A stretch of DNA of 64,000 nt from Bacteroidales bacterium (GTDB taxonomy: Bacteria > Bacteroidota > Bacteroidia > Bacteroidales > FEN-979), in contig JBBQUQ010000002.1 of the NCBI GenBank assembly GCA_038212325.1, forward strand, positions 1,961 through 65,960. Reading direction: 5' to 3'. How positions within the stretch are numbered: the first letter of the stretch is position 1; every line of letters starts with the position of its first letter. Of this stretch, positions 28,159 through 37,873 are shown piece by piece. A program made the position numbers and the translations under genes. The notes beneath the pieces were generated by a model. That model was not told the DNA's origin and ran no database searches. It worked only from the letters and a program-made list of their open reading frames with translations.

Positions 28159-28201
28159 GGGATCTGTTTCCGGCAAAGGTCGGAAAAAAAACCAGGAATG
28201 G

Positions 28202-29647
28202 TCAGTGCTTGTCTGAATTGAAAAAATTGGGCTTATAGGTGACCATCACGTACAGGTACCGGGCAAATTTTGCCGTGCCTGTTGCCAGGCCGTTGTACGC
28301 CTCCATGGTTGCCGTGGGCAGGAAGAAGCAGTATGCTGCATTCAGTTCAAAGTTCGGAACTGGTTTATAGATGTACATCAGGTCGATTTCGGTGCCGAAA
28401 CTTTTCGATACTTCCACATATGCATAGGGCCTGGTCTTGGTGGGCTTTGAGAGGTAACCATATGGGAGGCTGAACCAGCGGCAGGTCGCTTCCAGCGACA
28501 TTTTGTCGTTGACACTTACCGTTGCTCTTCCATACAGGTCGTTCAATCCGGGGCTGAGGTTGTTCTTCACGAGGGCATTGAACAAGTCCATGTAACCGTA
28601 GGCCCGGTGAGCAGTGCCGTAGAGGGTGCTGAACCCGTGCACCGTTGTTTTATATTCAGTTGTATCTGAAAAATTATTACCGCAGATGTGTTCGTAGCCG
28701 GCCTGCAGTTTCAATGGTTTGATCACCTGGTAACTTATCCAGGCTGCATAAAAGCCGGCGCTGAGTTTTCGCCCGTCGGTATAGTGACCGCCCTGGTAAT
28801 AGCCGTTCACGAAGAAGCCCCACTTTTTATTGTTGAAAAGCAACCCGGCCCCTACGGTGGCGCGGGCATAGATCGTATTCATGAATTGTTCGGTGGCGGT
28901 GGTTGTAACGGGTGTTTTAATAACCGTGGTACCGATAATGGAATCATGCTGGTTTCGGATATACAGGGTGTCGGTTTTGGTGGTTGTTTTGGTCGTGGTG
29001 ACACTGCCTTTTTGAAACGCATCGACGATGCCAAGCACTGAAACGGCTAATTTATTGTCCAGGAATTTTTTATTCCAATACAGATAGCCCATGTATTTGT
29101 AATTTTTCCCCATGTTGTACGGGCTCATGTAGGCACTTGCCGGCGCAATGTTGTTGACTGCAAATCCCGCATCGCCTTTCATGGTTCCCAGGGGGCTTTC
29201 ATATTGTGCAATCACGATGTCGTGCGTGGCTCCCCACATGCTCCAGTTCAATGCACCAAACAACCTTTCATCATCATAAACTACTTCCATGCGGCCGGCC
29301 TTCATGGCGAAGGATGTCGTGAAATTGTATTTAAACCAGGCCTCATATATATTGACAGTATTCTTTGTGATTGTATCCGAGGAATAGTAATTCTGACCAA
29401 AAACCCATGCATCATACAGGGAGAAACGGGTGGTAAACTTCTCATGCTTATAATCGAACAGGAGCCGGGCCCGGCCAACGATATCGGCGTAAGGAGTTTT
29501 GGAAGAGTCGCGGAGAGAAGCGTATCCGTCGCGATACTCGCCCCGCATTTTAAACTCCCCCGAAATGTTGAACTGTGCTTTCAGTCCTGCTGATGACAAA
29601 GTCATTAACAACACAGTCAACAGCATGATTTTCAATAAATGTTTCAT
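28202..29647 (-). CDS. outer-membrane beta-barrel protein (alginate-export/porin-like)
   Basis: Signal peptide, alternating aromatic-rich beta-strand pattern and a C-terminal ...VTYKPNFF-type segment. The family assignment is tentative. Confidence 0.55.
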   Translation of the reverse strand: MKHLLKIMLLTVLLMTLSSAGLKAQFNISGEFKMRGEYRDGYASLRDSSKTPYADIVGRARLLFDYKHEKFTTRFSLYDAWVFGQNYYSSDTITKNTVNIYEAWFKYNFTTSFAMKAGRMEVVYDDERLFGALNWSMWGATHDIVIAQYESPLGTMKGDAGFAVNNIAPASAYMSPYNMGKNYKYMGYLYWNKKFLDNKLAVSVLGIVDAFQKGSVTTTKTTTKTDTLYIRNQHDSIIGTTVIKTPVTTTATEQFMNTIYARATVGAGLLFNNKKWGFFVNGYYQGGHYTDGRKLSAGFYAAWISYQVIKPLKLQAGYEHICGNNFSDTTEYKTTVHGFSTLYGTAHRAYGYMDLFNALVKNNLSPGLNDLYGRATVSVNDKMSLEATCRWFSLPYGYLSKPTKTRPYAYVEVSKSFGTEIDLMYIYKPVPNFELNAAYCFFLPTATMEAYNGLATGTAKFARYLYVMVTYKPNFFNSDKH

Positions 29648-29790
29648 AGATGCAAGGTTAACGGTTTACGATTCACGCGCAGTGCGTCACAATTTCGCAG
29701 CAAAAGTAAAGAAAACGCAGTTAATATGGAAACGAATTCGATACGTTGTTTAATCGAAATATTGGGTAATTTTACACGAAATTCCGATTT

Positions 29791-30534
29791 ATGAAAATCA
29801 AACAGCATATTCCGAATACGCTTACCATGTTTAACCTGGTGTGCGGGCTTGTCTCCCTGACCTTTACCTTTGGGGGAGATTATATTAACGCATCGCTTTT
29901 CATATTTCTTGCCGCAGTTTTTGACTTCCTGGATGGCAATGCTGCCCGAATCCTGAAAGCACATTCAGAATTGGGCAAGCAGCTGGATTCGCTGGCCGAT
30001 GTGGTTTCATTTGGCGTGGCGCCGGGGATCATGATTTTTCAAATGATCTCAGTTCAATGCACCGGGAGTTGCAATGCACTTGAGCGGATGCATATCACCC
30101 CCTATTTTGCCATGCTCATCCCTGTTTGTTCAGCACTTCGTCTGGCGAAATTCAACATTGACCTGCGCCAGGAGGTTAATTTCATCGGATTGCCAACTCC
30201 GGCCAATGCGATTTTTTTTGCAGCCATACCCTTGGTGCTGTATGCTCAGCCGGGGCTTTTCAGCCTTGTACATGTCGATTTCCTGGTGACTTTCTTTTCC
30301 AATACACGCGTACTGGCCATCCTGGCGGTTTTCTTTTCCTACCTGCTGATCTCGGATTTTAAAATATTTTCAATGAAATTTAAAAGCATGGAATGGGCCG
30401 GGAACCAGTTGCGCTATATCTTTCTGATCATATCGGTCATCCTGCTGATCCTGTTTTTTCTCAGCGCAATTCCCATCATTATTGCATTATATATCCTGAT
30501 GTCGATTTTTTTTCAGAGTTACATTACGGAGTGA
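29791..30534 (+). CDS. pssA: CDP-diacylglycerol--serine O-phosphatidyltransferase (CDP-alcohol phosphatidyltransferase family)
   Basis: DFLDGNAARILKAHSELGKQLDSLADVVSFG matches D-G-x2-A-R-x8-G-x3-D-x3-D. The protein is multi-TM. Confidence 0.85.
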   Translation: MKIKQHIPNTLTMFNLVCGLVSLTFTFGGDYINASLFIFLAAVFDFLDGNAARILKAHSELGKQLDSLADVVSFGVAPGIMIFQMISVQCTGSCNALERMHITPYFAMLIPVCSALRLAKFNIDLRQEVNFIGLPTPANAIFFAAIPLVLYAQPGLFSLVHVDFLVTFFSNTRVLAILAVFFSYLLISDFKIFSMKFKSMEWAGNQLRYIFLIISVILLILFFLSAIPIIIALYILMSIFFQSYITE

Positions 30535-30543
30535 GCCCCAGGT

Positions 30544-31266
30544 CTATCGCAATTCAAAATTCTGGCCCAGGTAAACCTTTCGAACATGGGGGTCGTCGGC
30601 GAGTTCTTTGCCTGTCCCGGCACGGAGTATGGATCCCTCGAACAGCAGGTATGCACGGTCGGTGATGGAAAGTGTTTCATGAACATTGTGGTCGGTGATC
30701 AGCACCCCGATATTTTTCTCTTTCAGTTTTATTACGATTTGCTGGATATCTTCCACGGCAATGGGGTCGATACCGGCAAACGGCTCATCAAGTAATACAA
30801 ACTTGGGGTCGACTGCCAGCGAGCGTGCAATTTCACACCTCCGGCGTTCGCCGCCTGATAAGGTGATCCCGTGACTTTTCCGCACATGCTTCAGCCCGAA
30901 TTCATCCAGTAATTTTTCAAGTCGTTCCTTCTGAAGATCCTTGCTGAGGCCCGTAAATTCGAGTATCGACCGGATATTGTCCTCAACGCTGAGTTTGCGG
31001 AAAATGGATGCCTCCTGCGGGAGGTAACTGATGCCGCGCTGCGCCCTCTTATACATAGGCTCCCTGGTGATGTTGAAATCATCGAGAAACACCTCTCCGG
31101 ATAACGGCTTGATCAGTCCGACTATAATATAAAAAGAGGTGGTTTTCCCGGCACCATTCGGGCCCAGCAATCCAACGATCTCACCCTGTTTCAGTTCAAT
31201 GGAAACCTCATTGACCACCGTACGTTTCCGGTATTTTTTTACTATTTTCTCAGTCCGAAGGATCAT
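30544..31266 (-). CDS. lptB: LPS export ABC transporter ATP-binding protein
   Basis: Walker [10 protein letters not shown], signature LSGGERRR, Walker B LLDEPF. LptB-length protein with the typical C-terminal ...VRKVYLG. Confidence 0.92.
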   Translation of the reverse strand: MILRTEKIVKKYRKRTVVNEVSIELKQGEIVGLLGPNGAGKTTSFYIIVGLIKPLSGEVFLDDFNITREPMYKRAQRGISYLPQEASIFRKLSVEDNIRSILEFTGLSKDLQKERLEKLLDEFGLKHVRKSHGITLSGGERRRCEIARSLAVDPKFVLLDEPFAGIDPIAVEDIQQIVIKLKEKNIGVLITDHNVHETLSITDRAYLLFEGSILRAGTGKELADDPHVRKVYLGQNFELR

Positions 31267-31305
31267 TGTATGTTATTTGAGCAGGATGAACTCCCGCCGG
31301 CAAAA

Positions 31306-32211
31306 TTAGAAAGAAAAGAATAACGAAGCGAATAATCCGAATTTTAATACGTTCGGATTGGCTGCATCATGGAGGTGGCTCAGTCTCCATACAGCGTCGA
31401 TTCTGATAACTTTGAAAATGTTTTCAATTCCCGCACCCGCCTCATAGTATGGCTGGCCGCCCGGCGGCCTCAGATTATCCGGGAAACCCGGGAAACCATT
31501 CTCAGGTAACCTGTAAAAACGCCGTATAGGATGTCCTGGTAGGTCTTGAAGACCGGTACCGCTTTCACAGAGTCCACCATGTTGTATATTCCCTGCTCCC
31601 TGGCGCTTAGCTTTTCAGGCCTGGCATCCGCCCAGTATTCTTTGGATTTAGTGCTTGCCGCCGGATCAAGGATGATATCGGACATGACACGGGAAAAACG
31701 CTTATCTTCAGGAATGTCAAATTGGAAATTGCGGTACAAGGAGGTCCGGTGGCCGAAGAAGCCCAGGGTCTTCTTGGGGTTATCCATGATGTTGAAATCA
31801 ACATTCACATCCCGGGTAAGCATCCAGAACCGGTTGCTGGTCCACTCAAACTCTTGTTCAACCTCAAGATCGTTGATGAAGTTGAGGTTGGCATCGTTGG
31901 CGACATGCATATGGACTTTTTTAACTGCGAAAGAGGTATCACTGATCCATAAGTTACCGGAAAAAGTCAACTCCTGTTTCCTGCCCGATTAAAAAGGCCT
32001 TGATGGAATCCCCTTTTACTTTAAATTCGAGGGAAAAGTTGCCATCAAAATCAGTGAATGTTCCGATTGTTGTACCCGGGATAATGATATTGACAAAAGG
32101 GATCGGTTCGTTTGTTTGACCGTCGTGAACCGAGCCCATGATTTTAGTGACCTGGGCTTCCGAAATTCCCGGACAACAAATCCAGCACAATACCAGAAAA
32201 AAAAAACGCTT
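31306..32211 (-). pseudogene. decayed DUF5686 / carboxypeptidase-regulatory-domain outer-membrane protein gene
   Basis: Three fragments lie in shifting frames. The first is a signal peptide plus CarboxypepD_reg-like N-terminus (KRFFFLVLCWICCPGISEAQVTKIMGSV...), with TAG where the Met codon is expected. The second is the middle fragment at 31470-31970. The third is a C-terminal fragment ending ...YYEAGAGIENIFKVIRIDAVWRLSH...FGLFASLFFSF*. About 300 codons in total. Confidence 0.7.
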
Positions 32212-32216
32212 CTATT

Positions 32217-33182
32217 TTACAAGATCCCTTCACGGAGTATGTCATGCAGGTGGATAACACCCCTATAAGTGCTCCTGTCCACCACAAGCAGTTGTGTGAT
32301 GTTGTTCTTCCTCATGAGGCCCAGTGCATTTACCACAAGCGTGTCGGAGGCTATGGTTCGCGGATTTTTGGTCATGATATCGGCAGCCCTGAGGAGGCTG
32401 ATTTCGTCGTTTTTTTCGAGCATCCGGCGAAGATCGCCATCCGTGATGATGCCAAGGAGCGTGGTGCCATTGAGAACGGCAGTGGCGCCCAGCCGTTTTG
32501 AAGATATCTCAATAATGACTTTCCGGATGTCATCACTATATTGGACCCCGGGGGCCATATTGCCGGCATACAGGTCGCTCACTTTCAGGTATAGCTGTTT
32601 GCCGATGGCCCCGCCCGGGTGCAGTTTGGCAAAATCGCCCGAAGTAAAGCCGCGGGCCTCCAGCAGGCACACGGCCAGGGCGTCGCCCATGACCATCTGG
32701 GCGGTGGTGCTTGAGGTGGGTGCAAGGTTGTTCGGGCAGGCCTCCTTTTCGACTGACGTATTGATGACGAGGTCGGCTTGTTTGGCAAGGAAGGAACCTT
32801 TTTTTCCGACCATCGCGATCAGCGAGCTGCCATATTCTTTGAGCAGGGGAATCAGTATTTTGATTTCAGGCGTTTCGCCGCTGTTGGAAATGCAAATCAC
32901 AACATCTTCCTTTTGTATCGTCCCCAGGTCGCCATGAATAGCGTCGGCAGCATGCAAAAAGCTGGCCGGGGTACCTGTTGAATTTAGCGTTGCAACTATC
33001 TTCTGGCCAATGATGGCGCTTTTGCCAATTCCGGTAACGATCACTCTGCCTTTCGATTGAAGAATAAGGGGAATGCAATTTAAAAATCCGGAATCAACAG
33101 ATTTTATTAAATTTGTTATGGCAGCCGCTTCATCACTTATGGTGCTGATTGCGACTGCCTTTAATGCTTTATTGTTTTTCAA
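32217..33182 (-). CDS. kdsD: KpsF/GutQ-family arabinose-5-phosphate isomerase (SIS domain plus two CBS domains)
   Basis: GRVIVTGIGKS SIS motif, ISNSGET, and a tandem CBS pair at the C-terminus. There is no ATG in frame; the apparent start is TTG at 33182. Confidence 0.88.
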   Translation of the reverse strand: MKNNKALKAVAISTISDEAAAITNLIKSVDSGFLNCIPLILQSKGRVIVTGIGKSAIIGQKIVATLNSTGTPASFLHAADAIHGDLGTIQKEDVVICISNSGETPEIKILIPLLKEYGSSLIAMVGKKGSFLAKQADLVINTSVEKEACPNNLAPTSSTTAQMVMGDALAVCLLEARGFTSGDFAKLHPGGAIGKQLYLKVSDLYAGNMAPGVQYSDDIRKVIIEISSKRLGATAVLNGTTLLGIITDGDLRRMLEKNDEISLLRAADIMTKNPRTIASDTLVVNALGLMRKNNITQLLVVDRSTYRGVIHLHDILREGIL

Positions 33183-33204
33183 TGCACAATTTATTTTTCA
33201 AAAA

Positions 33205-33238
33205 TTTGTTTATTTCAAAACGTTTATACTTACATTTG
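33205..33238 (+). promoter_or_regulatory. candidate promoter for recQ (TTTG at 33205-33208; TACATTTG at 33231-33238)
   Basis: A TAnnTTTG box with an upstream TTTG at a 22-nt spacing, 73 nt before the recQ ATG. Confidence 0.35.
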
Positions 33239-33311
33239 TATATAGGAGCAGTTACAAGTCATCAACTTGCTTGCCCAGAACAAAAGTACTAAAATAAATC
33301 CAAGTCAAAAA

Positions 33312-35513
33312 ATGGCGGCCAACAAGGACGAGCATAAGCTGTTTGAAGTATTAAAGAAAGTGTTTGGTTATGATAGCTTTAAGGGTAATCAGGAAGCGAT
33401 CATTCGGAGTGTGCTGGCCAATAATGACACCTTTGTCATCATGCCGACCGGCGGCGGGAAATCGCTGTGCTACCAGCTTCCCGCTATGATGAAACCGGGC
33501 ACGGCAATCATTGTTTCTCCATTGATTGCACTCATGAAAAACCAGGTCGATTCGATCAGGAGTTTCGGCACAGAGAACAACGTTGCCCATTTCATGAATT
33601 CATCACTTACAAAGCAGGAGATTTCGCAGGTAAAACAAGATATTCTGAGCGGCAACACCAAGCTGCTGTATGTTGCACCCGAAACCATCACCAAAGAGGA
33701 GAACATCGAATTTCTGCAGAACATCCCGATTTCTTTTTATGCGATAGACGAAGCACATTGTATTTCGGAGTGGGGCCATGATTTCAGGCCTGAGTACCGG
33801 AGGCTGCGGCCGATCATCGATGCAATCGGTCAAAAAGTGCCTGTAATTGCGCTTACCGCAACCGCTACGCCTAAGGTGCAGCAGGACATTCAGAAAAATC
33901 TTAACATGTTTGATGCTTCTGTATTCCTCTCGTCGTTCAACCGGCCAAACCTCTATTATGAGGTACGGGCGAAATCCAAAAATGTCACCAAGGATATCAT
34001 TAAGTTTATCAAAGGTAACCCCGGGAAATCAGGCATCGTTTACTGCCTGAGCCGGAAAAAGGTCGAAGAATTAGCGGAAAGCTTCGTCGTAAACGGGATT
34101 AAAGCCTTGCCATATCATGCAGGTCTCGACGCGTCAACACGTCGCCAGAACCAGGATAAATTCCTCATGGAAGAGGTTGACGTGATCGTTGCCACCATCG
34201 CTTTCGGCATGGGAATTGACAAGCCCGATGTTCGCTTTGTCATCCACAACGACATGCCCAAAAGTCTGGAGGGATATTACCAGGAAACAGGCCGGAGCGG
34301 ACGTGATGACGGGGAGGGTAATTGTATCGCCTTTTACAGTTACGATGATATTCAGAAGCTTGAAAAATTTCTTAAAGGCAAGGCGGTGGCTGAGCAGGAA
34401 ATTGCAAAACAACTTTTGATGGAAACGGTATCGTACAGTGAATCTTCTGTATGCCGGCGTAAACAGCTGTTGCACTATTTTGGAGAGATCTACACTGAAA
34501 ATAATTGTCAGAACTGTGACAACTGTATGCATCCAAAGAAAAAATTTGAAGGAAAGCAATACGTCCAGCTTGTCCTCGAGACCGTAATGGCTGTTAAGCA
34601 GCAATTCAAGAATAAGCACATCATCAACATCATTCTTGGTAAGAGTGCTGCTACGATCAAGTCATATAAACACAACAAGCTTGAAGTGTTCGGAAAGGGA
34701 GCCGACCGGGATGAAAAATTCTGGAATGCGGTCATCCGGCAAACATTGATAGAACGCCTTCTTACGAAGGATATTGAGAATTATGGACTGTTGAAGATCA
34801 GCCCGGAAGGCAGCGAGTTTCTTAAAAATCCGCATTCGGTCATGCTGGTTGATGATCATGATTTTGAGAACCCGGAAGAAGAGGAGCTTTTTGAAGCGCT
34901 TGGCTCCAAGAGCAGCACGGCGGATAAAACCTTGTTTGCGCTGCTCAAAGATCTCAGAAAGGAAATCGCCCGCAAGGAAAAACTTCCCCCATTCGTAATT
35001 TTCCAGGATCCCTCGCTTGAAGACATGGCCATTCAGTACCCGGTAACCGTTGAAGAGCTGAAGCAGATCACCGGCGTGGGTTCGGGCAAGGCACTGAAGT
35101 ATGGTAAACCATTTCTCACCCTCATCAAGGAATATGTCGAGGAAAACGAGATCATACGTCCGATGGATATGGTTGTTAAGTCTGTTGTGAATAAATCGGG
35201 GATCAAAGTATTCATTATCCAGAGTATCGATCGCAAAGTTGCATTGGAGGACATCGCCCTGGCCAAAAACCTCAGTTTTGATGAATTGATCACAGAAATG
35301 GAGAGCATTGTAGGTTCGGGTACAAAAATTGACATAAAATTTTATATAGACGAATTCGTTGATCCGTATCACCAGGAAGAAATTTTCGAGTATTTTCGCA
35401 AAGCTGAATCCGATTCGATTGAAGATGCCCTGAAAGAGCTGGGGGAAGATGAATTCGCCGAAGAAGAGATCAGGCTGATGCGTATAAAATTTATGTCAGA
35501 ATTGGGTAATTAA
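33312..35513 (+). CDS. recQ: ATP-dependent DNA helicase RecQ
   Basis: FGYDSFKGNQ, MPTGGGKSLCYQLP, DEAHCISEWGHDFRPEY and TIAFGMGIDKPDVRFV motifs, a Zn-binding Cys cluster (CRR...CQNCDNC) and an HRDC-type C-terminus. ATG at 33312. Confidence 0.95.
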   Translation: MAANKDEHKLFEVLKKVFGYDSFKGNQEAIIRSVLANNDTFVIMPTGGGKSLCYQLPAMMKPGTAIIVSPLIALMKNQVDSIRSFGTENNVAHFMNSSLTKQEISQVKQDILSGNTKLLYVAPETITKEENIEFLQNIPISFYAIDEAHCISEWGHDFRPEYRRLRPIIDAIGQKVPVIALTATATPKVQQDIQKNLNMFDASVFLSSFNRPNLYYEVRAKSKNVTKDIIKFIKGNPGKSGIVYCLSRKKVEELAESFVVNGIKALPYHAGLDASTRRQNQDKFLMEEVDVIVATIAFGMGIDKPDVRFVIHNDMPKSLEGYYQETGRSGRDDGEGNCIAFYSYDDIQKLEKFLKGKAVAEQEIAKQLLMETVSYSESSVCRRKQLLHYFGEIYTENNCQNCDNCMHPKKKFEGKQYVQLVLETVMAVKQQFKNKHIINIILGKSAATIKSYKHNKLEVFGKGADRDEKFWNAVIRQTLIERLLTKDIENYGLLKISPEGSEFLKNPHSVMLVDDHDFENPEEEELFEALGSKSSTADKTLFALLKDLRKEIARKEKLPPFVIFQDPSLEDMAIQYPVTVEELKQITGVGSGKALKYGKPFLTLIKEYVEENEIIRPMDMVVKSVVNKSGIKVFIIQSIDRKVALEDIALAKNLSFDELITEMESIVGSGTKIDIKFYIDEFVDPYHQEEIFEYFRKAESDSIEDALKELGEDEFAEEEIRLMRIKFMSELGN

Positions 35514-35523
35514 ATAAATCGCC

Positions 35524-36201
35524 ATGCAGGAAGAGGTCATTGAGAACATTGAACCAGCCCGGGAAATAATAAACATCCCCACAAAAGCGCCATTTTTCAC
35601 CTTTAATTTCAATACCCTCCTGGGATTGGTCGTATTATTGGGTTTGATTGTTTTGTATGTCCTTCATTTCACCGGGAGCAGCCCGTCGGCTGCCGCAATC
35701 CCGATGGCCTTTCAAAAGGCTTCAGGCAAACAGCTTTCGGTTGTTTTTGTCAATGTCGACAGTCTTAATATCAACTATGAATATGTTAAGACGCTGCGGT
35801 CCGACCTCGAAAGTACAGGAAAACGGTTGCAGACTGAAGTACTGGCCGAGCAGGCAGCATTGGAAAAGGAGGCGAATGAATTTCAGCGCCAGGTTGCGGC
35901 CAACATCATTCCTGAAGAAAAGGCCAAAGTGCAGTATGAGCAATTGATGCGAAAACAGCAGATGCTGATGGAGAAGAAGGAACGGTTTACACAGCAGGTT
36001 GCAGAGAAGGAAATGAATATGAACCTCCGGCTGATCGACAGTGTTACGGTCTATCTGAAAAGATACAACCGCCAGTACCAGTTCGACTACATCATGGGTT
36101 ACAAAACCGGAGGTGAGATCCTGGTCGGCAACGACACCCTGGACATAACAAAGTCGGTGGTGGAAGGGCTCAATAAAGAATACGAGCAACGAAAAAAATG
36201 A
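35524..36201 (+). CDS. OmpH/Skp-family periplasmic chaperone-like protein
   Basis: N-terminal anchor followed by a long coiled-coil region rich in E/K/Q, with OmpH-like length and composition. Confidence 0.7.
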   Translation: MQEEVIENIEPAREIINIPTKAPFFTFNFNTLLGLVVLLGLIVLYVLHFTGSSPSAAAIPMAFQKASGKQLSVVFVNVDSLNINYEYVKTLRSDLESTGKRLQTEVLAEQAALEKEANEFQRQVAANIIPEEKAKVQYEQLMRKQQMLMEKKERFTQQVAEKEMNMNLRLIDSVTVYLKRYNRQYQFDYIMGYKTGGEILVGNDTLDITKSVVEGLNKEYEQRKK

Positions 36202-36575
36202 CATTCACCGCCAGGTTCCTGATAACAGTCCTGTTCCTCACGGCCCTTTTTGCCTGTCGCGGGAAAGAGGCGATTCCGGGCTCCGCCGATGCCGTTCCGG
36301 GTGATTCACTGATTTCACAGGATAAGATGGTACTCCTTCTCACCGATGTTCATGTGGTTGAGGCTGCCTTGTTGCTTGAGCGCAACGAGGGGGTTGAGGC
36401 GATGGGTGTGCAGAGCTATTACCCGGCGATTTTTAAAAAACACCATGTCACCGCCGGACGGTATGATCAGAGTTTGCTTTATTACCGGCAGAATCCGGAG
36501 ATGAATGCCCGGATATATGACAAGGTAATCAGAATGCTCGAAGACCGGCAGAAGCAAGTCGCCGGTAAAAAATGA
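36198..36575 (+). CDS. DUF4296-like lipoprotein
   Basis: Lipobox (LTALFAC), then ...ISQDKMVLLLTDVHVVEAALLL..., as in DUF4296. The ATG overlaps the upstream stop. Confidence 0.55.
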   Translation: MTFTARFLITVLFLTALFACRGKEAIPGSADAVPGDSLISQDKMVLLLTDVHVVEAALLLERNEGVEAMGVQSYYPAIFKKHHVTAGRYDQSLLYYRQNPEMNARIYDKVIRMLEDRQKQVAGKK

Positions 36576-36992
36576 TCAGGGCCTGGTGTAGGTGGCAACC
36601 GCATGAATGAGTGTTGCCTGGTCAAAAATGGTGTAATTCCAGTTGATTTTTCCGCCCGACAAAACTCCTGATCCATTGATGGTGAGGCCTTCTCCGATCA
36701 CCTGGTCGGCATCGAGTACAATCGAACTTCCATTGACCGATGCACTTGCAGGCGGGCTGGTTACCAGTGTCCCCGCAAATTTGGAAATAAACACGCCGTC
36801 GGATGAGTTGGGGTCGGCGGAAATGTTTACCTCATACGTAAGTTTGGTGTAGGATTCCTGAACATTCCAATTCCCGAGAAATGCCGATCGGGCGGTCGAA
36901 TCGCCGGTTGTATTGTCTTCTTTGGTGCAGCCAGGCAATAAGGCAATCATTCCCAGAATGATCACAGACAGGAAAATTTTCATGTTTTTCAT
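36576..36992 (-). CDS. hypothetical lipoprotein
   Basis: Signal peptide plus lipobox (IALLPGC). Small beta-rich protein; I recognise no family. Confidence 0.5.
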   Translation of the reverse strand: MKNMKIFLSVIILGMIALLPGCTKEDNTTGDSTARSAFLGNWNVQESYTKLTYEVNISADPNSSDGVFISKFAGTLVTSPPASASVNGSSIVLDADQVIGEGLTINGSGVLSGGKINWNYTIFDQATLIHAVATYTRP

Positions 36993-37019
36993 AATACTGT
37001 TTTTAAAATTGTGGTTTAA

Positions 37020-37859
37020 TTATAAAATTGATTCAACGATCCGGTCGGCCAGCCGGCTGGCCCCGATCCGGAACAATTCCGGAGTAAGCCACTGTTTTCC
37101 AAGAACATCATTCACCAGCCGGTAATAATTGAGCGCTTGTTGGGGTTCAGCGATTCCACCGGCGGGTTTAATCCCGATCTGTTTCCCTGTTTTCCGGTAG
37201 TATTCCCCGATGACCTGCAGCATGACGAAAACCGATTCTTCAGTTGCCGCCGGATTGATTTTCCCGGTGCTGGTTTTAATAAAATCGGCACCGGCCTCAA
37301 TGGCAATTTCACTTGCCCTTGCAATATTATCGGGGGTTTGTAACTCTCCTGTTTCAAGGATTACCTTAAGGGTTTGCTTCCCGGCCAGCTCGCGCATGGC
37401 ATCCAGTTCGCGAAACAATTTGTTGTATTCGCCGGCCAGGAAAGTTCCGCGTGAAATGACCACATCAATTTCATCGGCACCTTCGCCGATGGCATACCTG
37501 ATCTCTTCAAGCTTGACTGAGAGCGGCATCTGCCCGCTGGGAAACGCAGCGGCTGTTGTTGCAACCTTGATTGGCGTACCTTTAAGTGTTTGCCGGGCGA
37601 TGGATATAAAAGGAGGATAAATGCACACTGCAGCCGGGAACGGAAGCCCCTTTTCGCCAAACGAAACGGCTTTTTCGCAAAGCAGTTGAATTTTTGCATG
37701 GTTATCAGAACCGTCGAGCGAGGTGAAGTCCATAAAGGAAAAAATTTCCCTCAATGCCTCCTTACTCTCGGCTGGAGAAGGTTGATTGTCAAGTATCTGG
37801 CGAATGTTGCCGGAAAGGTCGTAAAATGATATCCCGGAGAGCAATGAAAAGGAGTACAT
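37020..37859 (-). CDS. deoC: deoxyribose-phosphate aldolase (long form)
   Basis: Class I aldolase barrel with DFIKTSTGK (Schiff-base Lys) and VATTAAAFPSG segments. Confidence 0.87.
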   Translation of the reverse strand: MYSFSLLSGISFYDLSGNIRQILDNQPSPAESKEALREIFSFMDFTSLDGSDNHAKIQLLCEKAVSFGEKGLPFPAAVCIYPPFISIARQTLKGTPIKVATTAAAFPSGQMPLSVKLEEIRYAIGEGADEIDVVISRGTFLAGEYNKLFRELDAMRELAGKQTLKVILETGELQTPDNIARASEIAIEAGADFIKTSTGKINPAATEESVFVMLQVIGEYYRKTGKQIGIKPAGGIAEPQQALNYYRLVNDVLGKQWLTPELFRIGASRLADRIVESIL

Positions 37860-37873
37860 GCGTTGTTAAAGTA

